From: Lytechinus pictus
Taxonomy: Eukaryota
Length of the DNA stretch: 64,000 bases
Direction: 5' to 3'
NCBI RefSeq assembly: GCF_037042905.1
Contig: NC_087250.1
Location: 16,308,001-16,372,000, forward strand
Part shown: piece after piece, positions 1 through 14,790 of the stretch
How positions within the stretch are numbered: position 1 is the first letter of the stretch
Layout: each line of letters starts with the position of its first letter
Made by a program: the position numbers and the translations under genes
Notes under the pieces: generated by a model
Database searches by the model: none
Seen by the model: the letters and a program-made list of their open reading frames with translations, nothing else
What the model was told of the DNA's origin: nothing

Positions 1-345
1 CTACGCAATCCGATGTCGTTTTTTTCGCATTTTGCATCAAATGTGAAGATTCCAAGAAGTAAATTTGAAGTTTGGCAGTATGTTAGGAATGATTAAATCA
101 CAGTTTTGCTTTGCGGCAAGCCCTGTGGTCGGAGTAAAGTCCAAATCGGCTTTAAGTCGCAGCTTATGATGACGTCACTGCGATTTGAAATTGAATTTGC
201 TTTTATTCCTACAGGGAGGATCGAACTAAACTGAATTTCGATGTCAGAAGTCCTTACCACTATTCTGAACTCTGATCGCTAAGGTTTTATCGGCCGGAAT
301 GTTCATCTCAAATGTTATTATATCTTTGAAATTCTGATCGCTACG
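1..345. repeat. Interspersed repeat fragment shared with ~29640-29950
   Basis: Colinear TTTGAAGTTTGGCA..TTTTGCTTTGCGG..GCCCTGTGGTCGG..GTAAAGTCCAAAT..ATGATGACGTCA in both places. Confidence 0.75.
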
Positions 346-652
346 AATCGTATAGGATTTAGCTTACTGTTTGCATGATTTTTTGGGGGGAAGGACATTA
401 AAGGAAGCAGTTATTAACGGTGTTTAATGAGAACATTAACGACCTGATGATATGATAATTTAAAAGTCAGCCTATAATTTTTCTCCGTTTCAATAATGCA
501 GATTTGATCACGACTTTTTTTCTGAACGTTGAGGACTTTATGGATTTTCTTCGAACATCTCCAACATGGCATTCTATGAACGTCACACAGCAAGGAACGC
601 CACTGCTAACATGAACTCCGCCATGTGACGCCATGACGCTATTATTCATCTA

Positions 653-948
653 CACTCTTAGAAAAGGATTGGTCAAAATGACCATTCTCCTGGATATTAA
701 GGTGTCCGACCAATAAAATGGGTAAAAATCAACCAATTTCTGGTATATTGTAACCATTGGTTGGTTGATTTTGACCATTTCTTTCTCGATCGGATATAAT
801 ATCAACCAAGAGATTCGTCATTTTGACCCAAATCAACCAATTTTTGGTATATTTTAACCATTGATTTGGTTGATTTTGCCATTTGTTTTTCTCGGTCGGA
901 CATATAAACCTAGAGAATCTTCGGTTTGACCAGTCTTTTTTAAGAGTG
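653..948. mobile_element. Small MITE with internal repeats
   Basis: TIR CACTCTTA(G)AAAAGGATTGGTCAAA / TTTGACCAGTCTTTTTTAAGAGTG; TA on the left flank. Confidence 0.7.
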
Positions 949-2578
949 TTATAGTTAATCCATTGTTGCGGCTTTCGTCTTTGGATAAACGGAATAGAAC
1001 AACAAGAAGATTAGTTAGTACGATAATTCGAGAAGAAAATAAAAAGTATCGCCAATAACAATTACAGACAGAGAGATAAAGTCTAAGCTCTTCTCAAGTC
1101 AAGTAGAAGATTATGTGCAAGTCGACATACTAAAAGAGAAAGACACGCAGTTTGTAGGGTCCTCACTTCTTCTAGAAGTCGGCTTGACGGCATCCTGGTT
1201 CCAACAGCCTAGGGAGAGTTTCATCATCACTTTTGTTCGACAAGTTGTTGGATATGATTTTGATTGGGCGAGTTCTGAGCACTGTTACTTTGGGAACTCT
1301 CAGATAAAACAGGATTTATTGGATAGAACGTCCAACGAGTCCTTCCATGAAACGTTCCACTCAAGAAGTCAAATTGATGAGTATCACGAGATAGAGGATC
1401 TTTCGTTCTTATCTGCTCTTATTCATCAAGTCAATTTCTATTGGCATGATTGGGATCAGGGTCTTCTCGCCCTGTCTTGTCATGCTTGTAGGGAGTTTCC
1501 AAAACTTGCGCTTGATTGAAAAACATTAATTAGGACCAAAAGTGAAGTAAAAGTCATGTTTTAAATTGGAAATTTACAATTGATTGTCTGCTCATTATAT
1601 CAGCAAGTATGCATAGATTTGCTCGAGTTATAATTAATATATCACTTGTAAATTTGCATGAAATTTGCGATTGATTGCAATTGTTTTCTTGCAACTCCCC
1701 CTCATTCCGAATATTGTTTATATCAAGTTGAATTGATGAGTTGATGGTTTGCCCGTGTAACTCGACCCAATGAAACTCAATACAGAGTCTTCTAGTATTC
1801 TTAAAGTAATTGATTTCTGGCCCTCCTTAATACAATGATCTCGTTGTATTTGTCCCGTGCAGTGGATGTCTCTTCATCAATATCAAAGAGAGACCTCAAC
1901 GGGCAAATATGGCGCAACGGTTGTATATTCACGAACAAGTGCCTTGTAAATACAGTATTATAAATAGCCGGTAATTAACTGTAAGGGGAATTTTCAAAGG
2001 CTTTATAGTCCAAGGGCAATTTATAGTGCAATGCTGTGAGTTACCTTTCAGTGTAAATAGCTAAAAGATGGAGAAAATATATAAGATATTATCAAATAAA
2101 ATAATTTTGTGCAATATGTTATCTATGTATCATTATAATATTATCACAAACATGGCTGAGAGAATGATTATGTTACCTTAAGCAAATTATTCGAATACTA
2201 TTACATATTAAAATTAGAATTTGAGCTTCTGCATGTGTTTGTATGTTATGTATAGTCATTCAACACTACCTACACTCAAGTTACGTAATGTGCGATTATG
2301 AATCATGTCATGTGTGTATAGGCAATGTAAAATATTGATGCGATAATTTGCCATTCTATTAACGTGCTCGTATTTTAAAATGTATATCTTAATCCACTTC
2401 CATTGATGGTGCGACTGCTTATACCCAGTATCCACTGTGACGAATTACGCTACGATTCAAACGGCGTGCTTGATCGTAGAGCAATCGTAGTCAGATCGCA
2501 TCAGATCAGTCGTGGCAATCGTATTGATCGTATAAAAAAATTTGAATGGTTCAAATTTTTTTTTTTGCGATCAGTAAA

Positions 2579-2819
2579 GGGGCTTTCACAATTGCTAGTG
2601 CGATCGTTTACGATCATTCGGTCACAATATATGTTGCACAAAATCGCAACGGTTGTAAGCAGTCGCACCACCAATTGTTAAAGGGGGTTTTACGAAAGGC
2701 CAATCGTGGCTTTCGTAAAAGGATCGTACGACAATGGGAAGGAGGTATCACAACCGTTGCGACTGTTTGCAATATATATTGTGACCAAATGATCACACGA
2801 GCAGTATTGAGAAAGCCCC
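2579..2819. mobile_element. PIF/Harbinger-like MITE
   Basis: GGGGCTTTCACAATTGCTAGTG ... CACGAGCAGTATTGAGAAAGCCCC inverted termini; a related fragment lies at ~2407-2575. Confidence 0.6.
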
Positions 2820-4054
2820 ATTAATTACAGGGAATATAGATCCGTATTGTAATATTATAACACAAAATAAACAAAGAAGAACATTTGCAAGTACCGGTAT
2901 ATTGCCATCTTTGGTTAGCAAATTCCAGAACTCCTATCAAAGTATCGAATGATTGTAGCCCTATAATATTCTCCACCTGACGAACTATAAACAACTTTAT
3001 GATGCGGGTAGAAATATACTTGCTATGAAAGGGCGACATAATACACAGCTTACCAATGATGAAATGAATGTGATAAAATTCATGGTTTTTTCTTTTCAAT
3101 AAGATTTATATGCTTAGTTCTCCTCTGTTTAACTAACCGTCAAGAAAATCAATATTTTGTTTTTGCTGGTTCGCTTAAAGTCCATTCAAGCACAAGACTG
3201 TAAATTCAGAGTTCTTCGAAATTGATATTATGCATGATTATTATATTCGTCCACGCTGCTTTGAATCAACTCGTGTAAGTGCTTAGGATATTGTTAAGAT
3301 TCTGTAATGTATTCTAGTAAAGTAAATATTTCAGTGTATAAGAGCATTCTTTTGTAAATAAACATATTGATATGAATCTATCAAATTGTATAAAACGTTA
3401 TGAATCGATCTAATTTCGTTTTATGTTTTTGATTTTTATCCGATTCCTCACAAAAGATGCGAAAGAGAATGAGAAAGGGAGAGAGAGGGAGAGAGGTCCA
3501 GGGAAGAATATGACACAGAGTGAGAAGCAGGAAATTTGAAAGTTTAAAACACGTCAAAATTTATGAAAAATACAGCCGGCTTTTATAACAAAGTACATTT
3601 CTAATCACTTCAAATCATTTTTGCCATAAACGTGCTTTCAAAAGAAAACCACATGCATACTATTAAATACATAATTTAAAAATATGAATAATTGATAAAA
3701 CGGATCCCCCTGAAAGCATGTTTTAGTATAATTGAAATATGAAAACACATGCGGAATGAGTTGTTAGCAGTGTGGACTGCAGTGAAACAATGATTATCAG
3801 GCACCAGTTTATAGCTCTATAGTAAAAGAATCATTGTGAATTCCAATTGGAATCAACTGATATTTTAACACAAAAGTAGAGACCGCCTTCCCCCCCCCCC
3901 GCCTATTGCTTCTTTCGGGAAATATTAAGCATCGGGATCGACGAACAAAAACTACGCACATCCAGACATCCAACTAATTGAATTCTTTTATAAGAAGATG
4001 CACGAAAGTCGAACAATACGTGAAGTATGATATTGACCAATAGGCAGAAATATG

Positions 4055-4349
4055 ATAATTGGCATTTATAAAGCGCTTTATCAATCTACGACTGTTCAAA
4101 GCGCTTCACAATTATTATTACCCGGTCACTGGATTCAGATCATAGCATTCCAGGCAGCCTGTCAGGTGCAAACTTGCTAAACTAACCACAATGACGGTTG
4201 TTTCCTACCGGTACCCAATTAGCACCTGGGTGAGAGTGGCAAAGTGTGAATTGACGCCTTGCCAAAGGGCGCTAGGCCATGATGGGATTCGAACACACGA
4301 CCCTCTGATTACAAGGCGAGAGTCAGAACCGCTACACCACGGCGCTTCC
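4055..4349 (-). mobile_element. tRNA-derived SINE
   Basis: Minus strand: A box TGGTGTAGCGG, B box GTTCGAATCC, central CACCCAGGTG..TGGGTACCGGTAGG and 3' AAGCGCTTT..AAGCGCTTTATAAAT. Shares its core with the 15463 element. Confidence 0.85.
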
Positions 4350-5158
4350 AAATATGATGATATAATATAAAAGGCATGTACAACAATGACTTTAATGAAA
4401 ATCTTACATCAGTTAGAGGCACACACGTAATCGAAAAAATATAAATTTAATATACCCCCATGTATATGAGCAATATGCTTGTTTGTATATATGCAATATA
4501 GGAAAAGTCGTGTGGCTATCTGCTTGAGATGTAAATTAGTATTGAAATATATAAAGGTGATAAAGTATATGCAATTGTTACAGTAAATATAAGCCCCTCA
4601 GACCAAATCAGATAAAGTAGAATGATCCTTCAAATTACGATGGGCGAGTCCATTTTAAATGGTGATGCACAATTTTACTCTTACACATTTTGTCGACTGT
4701 ATTGATAAAGAATTTGAAATGTATTATTATTTATTTATTTATTTGTTTATATGCACATAACAAATGACCAGCAGCACATGTTGAAAGGGTCAATTTACAA
4801 AAACTCATGAAGTACGATATAACACAGCAAGTGAACAGAAACGTAATTACAGTATTAAATCAAAACTTAGATCAAATTAAAAGATGTATCTCATACATAG
4901 AAGATTGAGGAAGAGAGAAATAAGCAAGGGGAAAGAGGGAGAGAGAGAGAGAAGAAAAATGAGAGTAATGGAAACAAAGAGAGGGAGAGGGGGTATGACC
5001 TCCAAATAGAAAGAGAAAATTGAGTGAGGTAGAGAGAGAAACAGAAAGTGGTGAAGAAGAGGTGACATGAAGAACATAGAAGACAAAATATTGTCAATTA
5101 TGATTGACACTACATAAAGATATGAATATCCTTCTGCTATATGAGATACAAAATGAAC

Positions 5159-5199
<41 letters not shown>

Positions 5200-5946
5200 T
5201 CAACATGATAACAATTAGTATAATACATTTTAGCAAGACAATAACTGTGATCATTTCAAATACGTAGGCCTATACTGCAAAAACCGATAGAAAGCTAAAG
5301 AAAGGTTGTAAAGAAAGAAAGGACAGAGAAGGAAATAAAATTATAAAAGTGTAATGAATAGGACTCAAATAGGTAAAGAGAATAGTACTATCATCATAGA
5401 AAAGGGAATAGAGAGAGGAAAGAGGGAGAACGAAGCCAAGACAGGGAGAAAGAAAATAAGAAAAAAAAAGTAAGTTTACATAGTATATAACAACACTAAC
5501 TATAGAAAGGAGACAGATTTATAATAAAAGAATACAATCTAACTCTTATTTTAGCAATCTAGAAAATAGGAATGTTACTTGCCATTTTTTTTTATATAGG
5601 CGCCCGAATTCAATTCAAATCAATTAAACATTTATTTTTTTCTGATTGACATTTCATCCATTTTCACACGAAATATACTACAAAATAAAGATTGTAAATA
5701 CAGTGTGCACTGTATATGAAATAAGGCGTATAGAAAGCAGATGCCTGAGTCGGGATACGCATGTAGCATGACTTAACAACAATTAACGAAATAAAGCGCT
5801 AGAGAAAAACAGAAAGGAAGGACAGGAAAAGAAAAATGTTGTGATATAACATATAATTTAAACTGAAATAAACACTTGACACAGGTAAAGGCACTACATA
5901 GAAATGCATAAGAAAAGACAAATGGGAATATGGGTAAGCCGCCATA

Positions 5947-6268
5947 CGCTGTTAAAAAAAATTACTTAAAAAACTGAAAATAATGCAGCAGAGTCTCGAG
6001 AACACCTGTAATCTTTAATACTGCACTGTGTAAACTTACATACATTTGTGTAAAATTACAGAAAATAGATGTTTGGTGTATGTAACCTTAAAAATTTATT
6101 GTAAAAAACTGTTTTCCCCCTTTATAAAACAGATCTGTAAAATTATATACAAATTGTAAAAAATCTTTCCTATTTTAACAATGTACAGAATGATTTGGTA
6201 ACTTCTTTCTGTAAAATCTGTTTTTTAATTTTTCTTCTGTAAAATCTTCTGTTTTTTTTCTAACAGTG
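5947..6268. mobile_element. TA-flanked MITE
   Basis: TA|CGCTGTTAAAAAA ... TTTTTCTAACAGTG|TA with internal TGTAAA repeats. Confidence 0.7.
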
Positions 6269-8399
6269 TAGGCCAATGGCGTTGCAAAGGCTGATCGCGC
6301 TCCCACAACCTGAAAATAATCAATATATAACAGATAGAGAGAGAGGGAGCTAATACAAATACTGTACATGGGTTGGTAAGGAATTTTTTCTTCCTTGATT
6401 TTCTTTCAAATCTCAGTGTACACCCACAGCACAAATATATGCATTAAATATACATATGTGCTATGTAATGATCGATTTCAATGCTACTCATTCATCCACT
6501 TTTGTCAATCAATTCTGTCAAAGTAAAAAAAAAAGAGAATGGATTGGCTCAAATGAATATATTTTGCCTTCCAGTTGTAAACTGGCTCGTGCGACGGGGA
6601 AGATTTACATGAAGCATATTATATTTAGATTATCTCTCTATATATATAACTTTTATGACATCATAGAACAGTGGTTAAGAAGGTGTAAAGCTATTTTCTG
6701 TAAATTAACAACTCTATTCAAATTTGTTTGAACGCAGTTTACCAAAAGTCACCGCGCTATATTAAAAATACATGTGGTCAAATTATGGTAGCATTATGGA
6801 TATATATCGAATATTGACGTGTTATAAAGTGTCTATAAATCCTGAATAGAACACTGATAGCACCGTGGGTTTTTTTAAGTATCATAACAATTTTTCGTCA
6901 AGAGTGATTCCAAGAAATTTGATAGCAGAAACATGTTAGATACTATTGTTATTCAAGTTAATATCGCATAAATTGTCAACGATTTTTCTTTTACTTTCGC
7001 TATGAATATAGTGGACTCGGGTATTTGTACATTTATAATATGTTTGTATATTATGTTTAATTATATATATATAGACATACATAATACATTATATAAAACA
7101 AAATAATTCAGAAAGTTATTGCGTTTTTTTAGGGGGGGGGGGGCAATTAAGTGTCTATGGTAAGAAAATACTTGATTCGGGGGAAAACGCATTAACTTTC
7201 GGAATTATTTCGCTATCACTGAAACCAATACATTAAAATGTATATGAACATACACACTGTAACGTATAGATTATACACACACACAAATATAAAATAATAT
7301 ATGTGAGAGGGTGTGTATGTATATTTCTCACATTTATATATGGATATATATAGATATATATATATACATATCTATATATACACACACACTTATATATGTG
7401 TGTGGGCCGGTGTGTGCGTGAGTACGCCTGTGTATAAAGGGGGGATTACATCTTGTGCATTTATTATTAGAGGTTGTCTATACAAGGGTAAAAAGGGTGG
7501 TGTTTCGGTTTCCGTAGGGCGCCTGCTTATTTCATGCGGTGTCATTCCATGAGCGTTTCTGATGCATTCACAATTTTGGACCGATTTTAATGAATTAGTG
7601 GGATGCTCGGGGGAACGCCCTGCTTCGTTTAAGCTGGTACCCTGGGAAAACAGAAACATCACCTATTTTATAACCTACCCCAACTATTATATTGTTACAT
7701 CATTTGTTTTTAATGTATACCCATTGCAAATATGTTACTTTTTGTGATATACCACTATGTAGAGGGGCCCCGTCAACAAACTGTGCTTCACTTGGGTCCC
7801 AAACCTATCATTCTGACGTATATGATGTTGTGCTTTGTACAACTATTTGTGCTTGATTTGGTTTGAATAAATATTATACTACTATTATAATACTAAACAA
7901 ACTGACAATCATAAGGTACCATTAATTTTCATTAAATCATATATAATATCTTCAAATAAATCCTCATCATAGTATTTAGAATGTTCATGTTGCATATATA
8001 CCGCACCAATTATAAAATCAATGCCATGTGCACGTTCTTCTCTTTGAGCATGTTGGGCCAAAAGACAGATTCACTTCTGAAAACATTTACATCTAGTTGT
8101 CCAACATAATTTCTCAGACATTGTTTGAAAATGATACATAAGCCATGGTGTCCACCAAGGTGTGGGGAGGATCTGTCATTATTCTCTTTACAAATCATCG
8201 TATAGTCAATCAGCGGCAGGTCAATATATTGACTTTTAGTTTCAAATAAACATATAAAATCAAAATATAGCATTCTTGTATATCAATTCATTTTTTTTTC
8301 AGACCACATATATTTAGCCCTAATATCTTAGTTATTATTCAAACCCAAATCCAAATCATCAGATTAAATGGTACCTGCTAATAAAGTCCTATTTTAAAA

Positions 8400-9750
8400 G
8401 TGAAAAGTTCTTTAAAGTGATCTTCAGTCCATCCAAGGCGGAAGAGGTCATCACTTGTCTCCATTATGTATTTCTCACCCTTCCCATTCTTTGCAACAAT
8501 GCAATGAATGCGGCCATAGACAGTCCAAACTTTATTGGTGCCCTCTGCTCTTCGGATTGCGTGGAAAAGCTTGACTCGTTGGACAGGTTTTCCTCAATGT
8601 AGATCTCTGTGAGTTGGTCGTTCTCTCTTAAAGGGATAGTCCGGGCTGAAAATATTTATATCTAAATAAATAGAGTAAGATTTACAGAGCAAAATGCTGA
8701 AAATTTCATCAACATTGGATAACAAATAACAAAGTTATTGAATTTTAAAGTGTATCAATATTTTGTGAAAACAGTTATATGCACATCGTCATGAATATTC
8801 ATTAGGTGGGCTTGTGATGTCACATCTCCACTTTCCTTTGTCTTATGTTATTACATGAAATCACAAATGTTTCATTTTTTCATACATGTGTAAATGATGT
8901 GTCTCCATTATAATGAAATAAACTGCGGCAATGAATAACTAATGCACTTAATCAGTTGTCAATCCAACTGTTTTAGTTCTTGGTAGAAAATTTTTGAATA
9001 AACCTAATTTCATATAATGAAATACATAAAGACATGCCTAGACCTGTTTCACCGGAATAATGCAAATCTTTAAAATTCAATGACTTTGTTATTTGTTATC
9101 CGATTTTGATCAAATTTTTAGCATTTGCTTTGTGAATTTTACTCTATTTATTGAGCTATATACATTTCCAGCCTGGACCATCCCTTTTAGCGTCGCTTAC
9201 TCCTCAGTAGCTCAATTTTCCGCTCTCGTCTTACAAACTTTACGATGATGGGCCTATGTCGTTCTTGCTTGTTGGAGATGGGAGTAGAGGGTCCTCGCCG
9301 CTTCGTTGTGGGCAGACGATGCTCACGCTGATGTCGTCTGTGGATATATTAACATTAATCTTCTTAGCCAGAGCTACTATCTTGTCGGTGGTACTCTCCC
9401 CATCTGTTTCCGGTAAACCGTAAACCCGTACATTTTCCCGCCGACCGTGCTGCTCTAAGCGTTTTTTATAGCTCCGTGGTTCGATGTCAATTTCGAGCTT
9501 CACTTGTAGAGGTGTGTGAGATGGCAAGGGCGTTGGTTTCATCTGTTCCATCGCACTTGTCACGGCCACATTGACAGTCTGCGTCACTGTCTGTATGATG
9601 ACCGGTTGTATGGCCATCAAAACCTTCTTGATGATTTTTTGAATATCACCATCAGAAGGATCATAGCATTTCACCGTTGGCCTCTTCTTTCCACCAGTGG
9701 CGGAAGCTACTGAGTAAGTGACGGGCTTCTCGTCTTCATCATCAAGCATG
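8400..9750 (-). mobile_element. Degenerate CR1/L2-group LINE ORF1 fragment, split by a MITE
   Basis: LEQHGRRENVRVYGLPETDGESTTDKIVALAKKINVNISTDDISVS is typical of LINE ORF1 RNA-binding regions. It continues after a frameshift and across the MITE as ..LRENDQLTEIYIEENL. Confidence 0.75.
8632..9185. mobile_element. TTAA-site (Kolobok-like) MITE, family A
   Basis: TTAA|AGGGATAGTCCGGGCTGAAA ... TTCCAGCCTGGACCATCCCT; largely palindromic. Related copies at 12719-13312, 37991-~38510, ~41935-42461 and the split copy from ~49290. Confidence 0.8.
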
Positions 9751-10574
9751 TTGATATATATAAGAATAGCTGTAAGATAAATTACATTCATCCAGTAAGT
9801 TTTTTTCCTCTAAGGAAGTTCATTGCATGATAAAATATTCCAGAATGACCCATTTAAGCTTTGGTATGTAGGCATGAGGCAGAGTAATGATTGGTATTTG
9901 TATCATTCACAATGACTCTTGGCAGACAATCATGACAATAGGGCCTGCTGCCGGTAGGGAAAAAGACAATATAGGATTAGCTATGTTGTTTCCATTGTTA
10001 ATTTTACTGAGGTCATTCTAGAGTCTTCTAGCTTTGGACTGTTCTAGAAAGAAGTAGTATATTCCTTTTAAAGACAATACTAGAAGCTTCCAGTGTAGTG
10101 AAAATTTACGTACACTGTATACATGTATAAGCTCACAGTTTCTTCGAGATCATCCTCAGATCAGAACTCACAGTTTCAGTCTACACTTCATGAAGGAGTA
10201 TATTTTATACAACATATAACTTTTGTGGAATTATTTGCACACCATCAATGAACTGTTTGCAGTTATTTTGAGAGGGGCATTCTCATAGAGATCATCAAAC
10301 CGACTTTTAAGAACATTTGTCACCCAGTGGATTACGGAAATCGACTGTTTGTCATCATCAACATCGTCTTCACGGACATTTTAACTCGTTACAGTGACTC
10401 TTGTTATTCATCGTGTTTCAACGTCAGTTTCATCATCGCCAGCATTGTGGACTTTAATTTAAGGAATCTTTGCCACCCAACTTGCATGTATATATTATTT
10501 GGAATAACTCAGAACTGAATTTTCAAGACATGTGATTATTATTTTATTTTGTTTTTATTACCCTTTTTTCAAAT

Positions 10575-12300
10575 TGTACATTCAATTCAATTCACTTTAT
10601 TCACATCCATGAAAAATATACATCATAAAATATTATATGAACGATAAGAAACAATCAATACATAAACAAATCAATATAAAGACAAATAGAAAGAGTAGAA
10701 CCAACATGCAGTGGATGTAGGGGATTGGCAAGGCCAAAGACCTATCGAGGCCAATCCCCCTTGGTTCCGCGCATTGGTTAAAATAAAACAAATTAATGGT
10801 GATTAAACAGTTATAACATCAACATAAACAAACAAAAGAAAAACATTTTGAAAAAAAAAACAAAGAAAAAACCACAAGGCTCCATTTCATTTAAAAACTG
10901 ATGGTGAATTGGCAAGATATTATTTATATTTATGTTTAAAAGTCAATAGTGAGGGGCAAGTTTTAATTCAGATGGCAAATAATTCCAGATGACAGGTCCT
11001 TCGTATCCAATAACAGTTCCAGAAAAATTATATGTTTATTTTGGCAGATAAAAGTCATTGATATTTCTTGTTGAATACATATTTATACTACTATTAAGGG
11101 TGAAAAAATCATTAAAAATATCAGGTAAATACATACATAAGAATACATAAAACAAGCAACAAAATAGCGATGTAAATCATATATATTCAAAATTATAAGC
11201 TTCCGAAACAATGGGTCTGCATGGGCAAGAAATGTTGAATTGGTGATTATTCTTATTGCACGTTTTTGCATTAAAAAAAATGTAATAAATAAGATGCGGT
11301 GCTTTCTCATATTATATTGCAATAGGTTATATGAGGCAAAATCATTGTATCATATAAATTAGTGAGAATAAAAGATGGCAATGTGAACTTTAGTCTACTC
11401 ATAACACCAACAGCACATGACATTTTATATGATATTTCATTAATATGATCTTTCCACGTAAGGTTATTATCAATCTTAACACCAAGAAATTTTAATGAAG
11501 TTACCTTATTTATTTCTTTGTTATTGATATGCAATTTAATCAAGTCTTCGTTAATTTTCCTGTTTTATAATTTTTTCAAGATTTATCAATAATTTATTGG
11601 CAAGAAACCAGGAATGCACTTTACTTAGTTCAGAGTTGATTAAAACTCCTACGTTTGAAGGGTCATTACTGGCAAGAAAAAGGCTTGTATCGTCAGCAAA
11701 TAAGATAAAAGATAAGATATTGCTAAAGTTTGGCAAGTCATTTTTATATATAAAAGAAACAATAAGGGTTCTAGTACTGATCCTTGAGGAAATATGTCTA
11801 AAGAAGAAGAATTAAAATTATCAATATTTACAAACTGTTTTCAATTATTTAGGTAATCTGTAATTAATTCTAAAGCAATACCCCTTATACCGTAAAAATA
11901 CATTTTTTAATTATTAAAAATATCGTGGTCAATGCAATCAAATGCCTTAAAAAGGTCTTAAACTATATACCAGTTAAAAAATTCTTCCTTTCAAAAGATT
12001 GAGCAATTTTTTCAGTAAAATCAATAAGTGCATGGAAAGTATTATAACCTTGCCTAAAACCATATTGCCGACGATATAATATGTCATTTGGATCAATAAA
12101 AGATATCAAATTATTGTAAATTATTTTTTCAAATATTTTGCTAGAAACTGATAAAACTAATATTGGATGATAATTAGTTAAAAGTAATCTGTTTCCTTTC
12201 TTAAAAATAGGTATCACCTTTTGCAATCTTTAACGAGTCAGGAAAGACGCCTTTCTCATTGGCAAGATTGATAATATTGCTCAAAGGTTTAACAATTGCA
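10575..12300 (-). mobile_element. Degenerate CR1/L2/Crack-group LINE 3' portion (RT)
   Basis: KVIPIFKKG, QYGFRQG, ILFADDTSLF, KFLGVKIDNNLTWKDHI and QKRAIRII in broken frames; (TGAAT)n tail at ~10580-10592. Confidence 0.9.
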
Positions 12301-12718
12301 TAGCCTGATCACCTTGTGATCTATTTCATGTAATAAAAAAAGAATCAAATTTAGAACAACATTTTCTCTGTTATTTAAAATGGAAATAAAAATGAAAGAA
12401 AACATTGAAATGGAGAAAGTGGACTGTCAACAACAACCGGATTGAAGGAAGTAAGTATTCTGCACGAATCATATATCATCGTTTAATCGTTTCAGTTTCG
12501 ATTCTAAATTCAAGTTTTTTCGAATTCGTACATATCACTTGTTTTTGCACTAAACGACATGTGTGGGCCTAAGAATTTATGAGGTGTGTCTTTTACGGAT
12601 ACTATTCTCGTCATGATTGTATCACCAAGGAAAAAGGGAACACTGGTATGCGCACTACCACTTTTATAGATAAACTACGACATTTGGAAGGCTTCAGAGT
12701 GAGACCCATAGACATTAA

Positions 12719-13312
12719 TGGGATGCTCCGGGCTGAAAATGATTATATTTAAATGAACAGAGTGAAATTCACTGAGCAAGATGCTGAAAATTTCGTCAAA
12801 ATCGGATAACAAGTAACGAAGTTAAAGAATTTCAAAGTTTAGCAATATTTTGGGAAAATAGTTATATGCACGTCATCATGAATATTCGTGGGGGGGGGGG
12901 GGGCTGATGATGTCACATCCCAACTTTACCCTTTCTTATGTTATTACATGAAATCATATTTGTTTCATTTTTTAATAAATGTGTAAAAGATGTGTCTCCA
13001 TTACGATGAAATAAGTTGCAGCAAGAAATAAGTAATGAATTTATTTCACTTGCCAATCCAATTGTTTTAGGTTTTGGTAGAAAAGTCTTTAACAAACCTA
13101 ATTTTGTATTATTACAATACAAAAGAACAAGTGTGGATATGGCATCATTAGCCCATCTAATGAATATTCATGGCATGCCGAGACCTGTTTCAACGGAATA
13201 ATGCAAATCTTTAAAATTCAATAACTGCATTATTTGTTATCCGATTTTGATCAAATTTTCAGCATTTTTGCTCTTTGAGTTTCACTCTATTTATTGAGCC
13301 CTGAGTTTCCAT
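12719..13312. mobile_element. TTAA-site MITE, family A
   Basis: TTAA on both sides; colinear with 8632-9185. Confidence 0.8.
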
Positions 13313-13757
13313 TTAAAGACGTACATTTACAAAAAAATAACAAACAAATACTTACAATTCCGATAACGTTAAACGGATGTGAATACAATACTACTGCAGT
13401 TTTACGCAGCTTCAAGTTTTTGTCGAAATTTTAAAGTCAGTCTCTGTCTCCCTTTGTCTCTCTGTTTCGATCTGTCTCTCTAACAATCATGAAGTACACT
13501 CTATATAATTAGTTTTGGGTACCGGATCTATCTTACACATATGCTCTAATTGGTCTACAGTAACTGCCTATCATGATCGTTCTGGCGTAAGAGGCGTGGT
13601 GATGCTCAATCCACATAGGGCAGGTAGCATTTTTGTTCTTTTAACTTCTATCCCTGGAAAGTGAGAGAAGTGACAGTGCAAAATAAAACAAAAACAAAAC
13701 AAAACACAATAAAAAACCAAGAACATCTATGGTGTGAGCATAAATACGGAGTTATGA

Positions 13758-14025
13758 ATAGAGTACCGAAGCGATGACGTCATTTGCCATAGTGTCCATG
13801 GCGGCCTGGTTCTAAGCAAATGAACCAGGAATGAAAGCGTGCATGTGTTTCTCAAAAGGAGAAAATGGCTGCTATTGGAAATTGATCGCTTGCAACCTAT
13901 TTTTCAGACGAGCCAAAGTCATTCGCAAATACAAATGTGTTCAGACGATCGTCATCAGCTGCGACTCTGTTTAGAACCAGTCCGCCGTGACACCATGGTA
14001 ACTGACGTCACACTTCGGTACTCTA
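13758..14025. mobile_element. MITE with ATAGAGTACCGAAG termini
   Basis: ATAGAGTACCGAAGCGATGACGTCA versus TGACGTCACACTTCGGTACTCTAT; inner inverted CCATG..GGCG..CTGGTTCTAA. Confidence 0.75.
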
Positions 14026-14579
14026 TACAGCATAAAGCATATTGCACTTAGAAGAACAGTGTTTATCAGCGCGCCCTGATTGGATAATGGAGTATGAGGG
14101 GCGTTTTTATTTTCCGTATGCGTTTACGGCTGGCCAGGGAAGGGCACGCCAAAGCGTCACAGTTCTGAGAACGCTTGTTTCCAGAAACAGGAAGATACAT
14201 GGCGTGAGCATATTCTCGGAACTGTTTTTTTTATCAGCGGACTGTGTCGTTCTCTTTTATTGTATTTATTTATCTTTAATATTATTTTTAGCACGAGCGC
14301 ATATTGGATTAAAAAATGCATAGGAAAAGGGCGATGGAGATTTAAAAAAAAAATCTTCAGCGGCATGCCAAGAACCGAACTCTGGACTTGCACGGTGTCA
14401 TGCGGCTAAGAACACTCGGCCACAGCATCACAACATCTAGGCTTTGTTACCAGCAAAGTTTAGGAGGGATCGGTTGCGTTGTTTACAATTTTTTTAGGTT
14501 GAGAGAACCCTTTAAAAATATACATTCAAAAGGAATGATTCTCCTAGTTGCTGCTAATGGTAAACCGGATGAAATAAAC

Positions 14580-14790
14580 CACAATATTAATAATGATAAT
14601 AATAACAAAAAATAGTAATGAACGTAATAATAATAACAATAATAATAATATTTATAATCTAATAATAATAATAACATTTATAATAATAATAATGATAATA
14701 ATTATAATAGTCATTACAATAAAAATAATAGCAATAATTATGATAATGACAATAATTACAGTATTAGCTATAATAATACTGATAAGAAGA
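14580..14790. repeat. Imperfect (AAT)n microsatellite
   Basis: Direct inspection. Confidence 0.9.

Noticed and set aside
467..1519. ORFs 467-649 (-) and 1115-1519 (+) in unique-looking sequence
   Set aside because: No recognisable domain or convincing splice partners. This could be UTR or exon sequence of a gene outside the window, but that cannot be supported.
4270..4349. tRNA-like sequences here and at ~15665-15735
   Set aside because: A and B boxes are present but they run into SINE bodies and tails, and I could not fold a complete cloverleaf.
9984..12361. Possible solo LTR (TGTTGTT...AACAACA) split by the 10575-12300 LINE
   Set aside because: Terminal inverted bases and a late AATAAA fit, but the flanks show no TSD and there is no PBS, PPT or internal domain.
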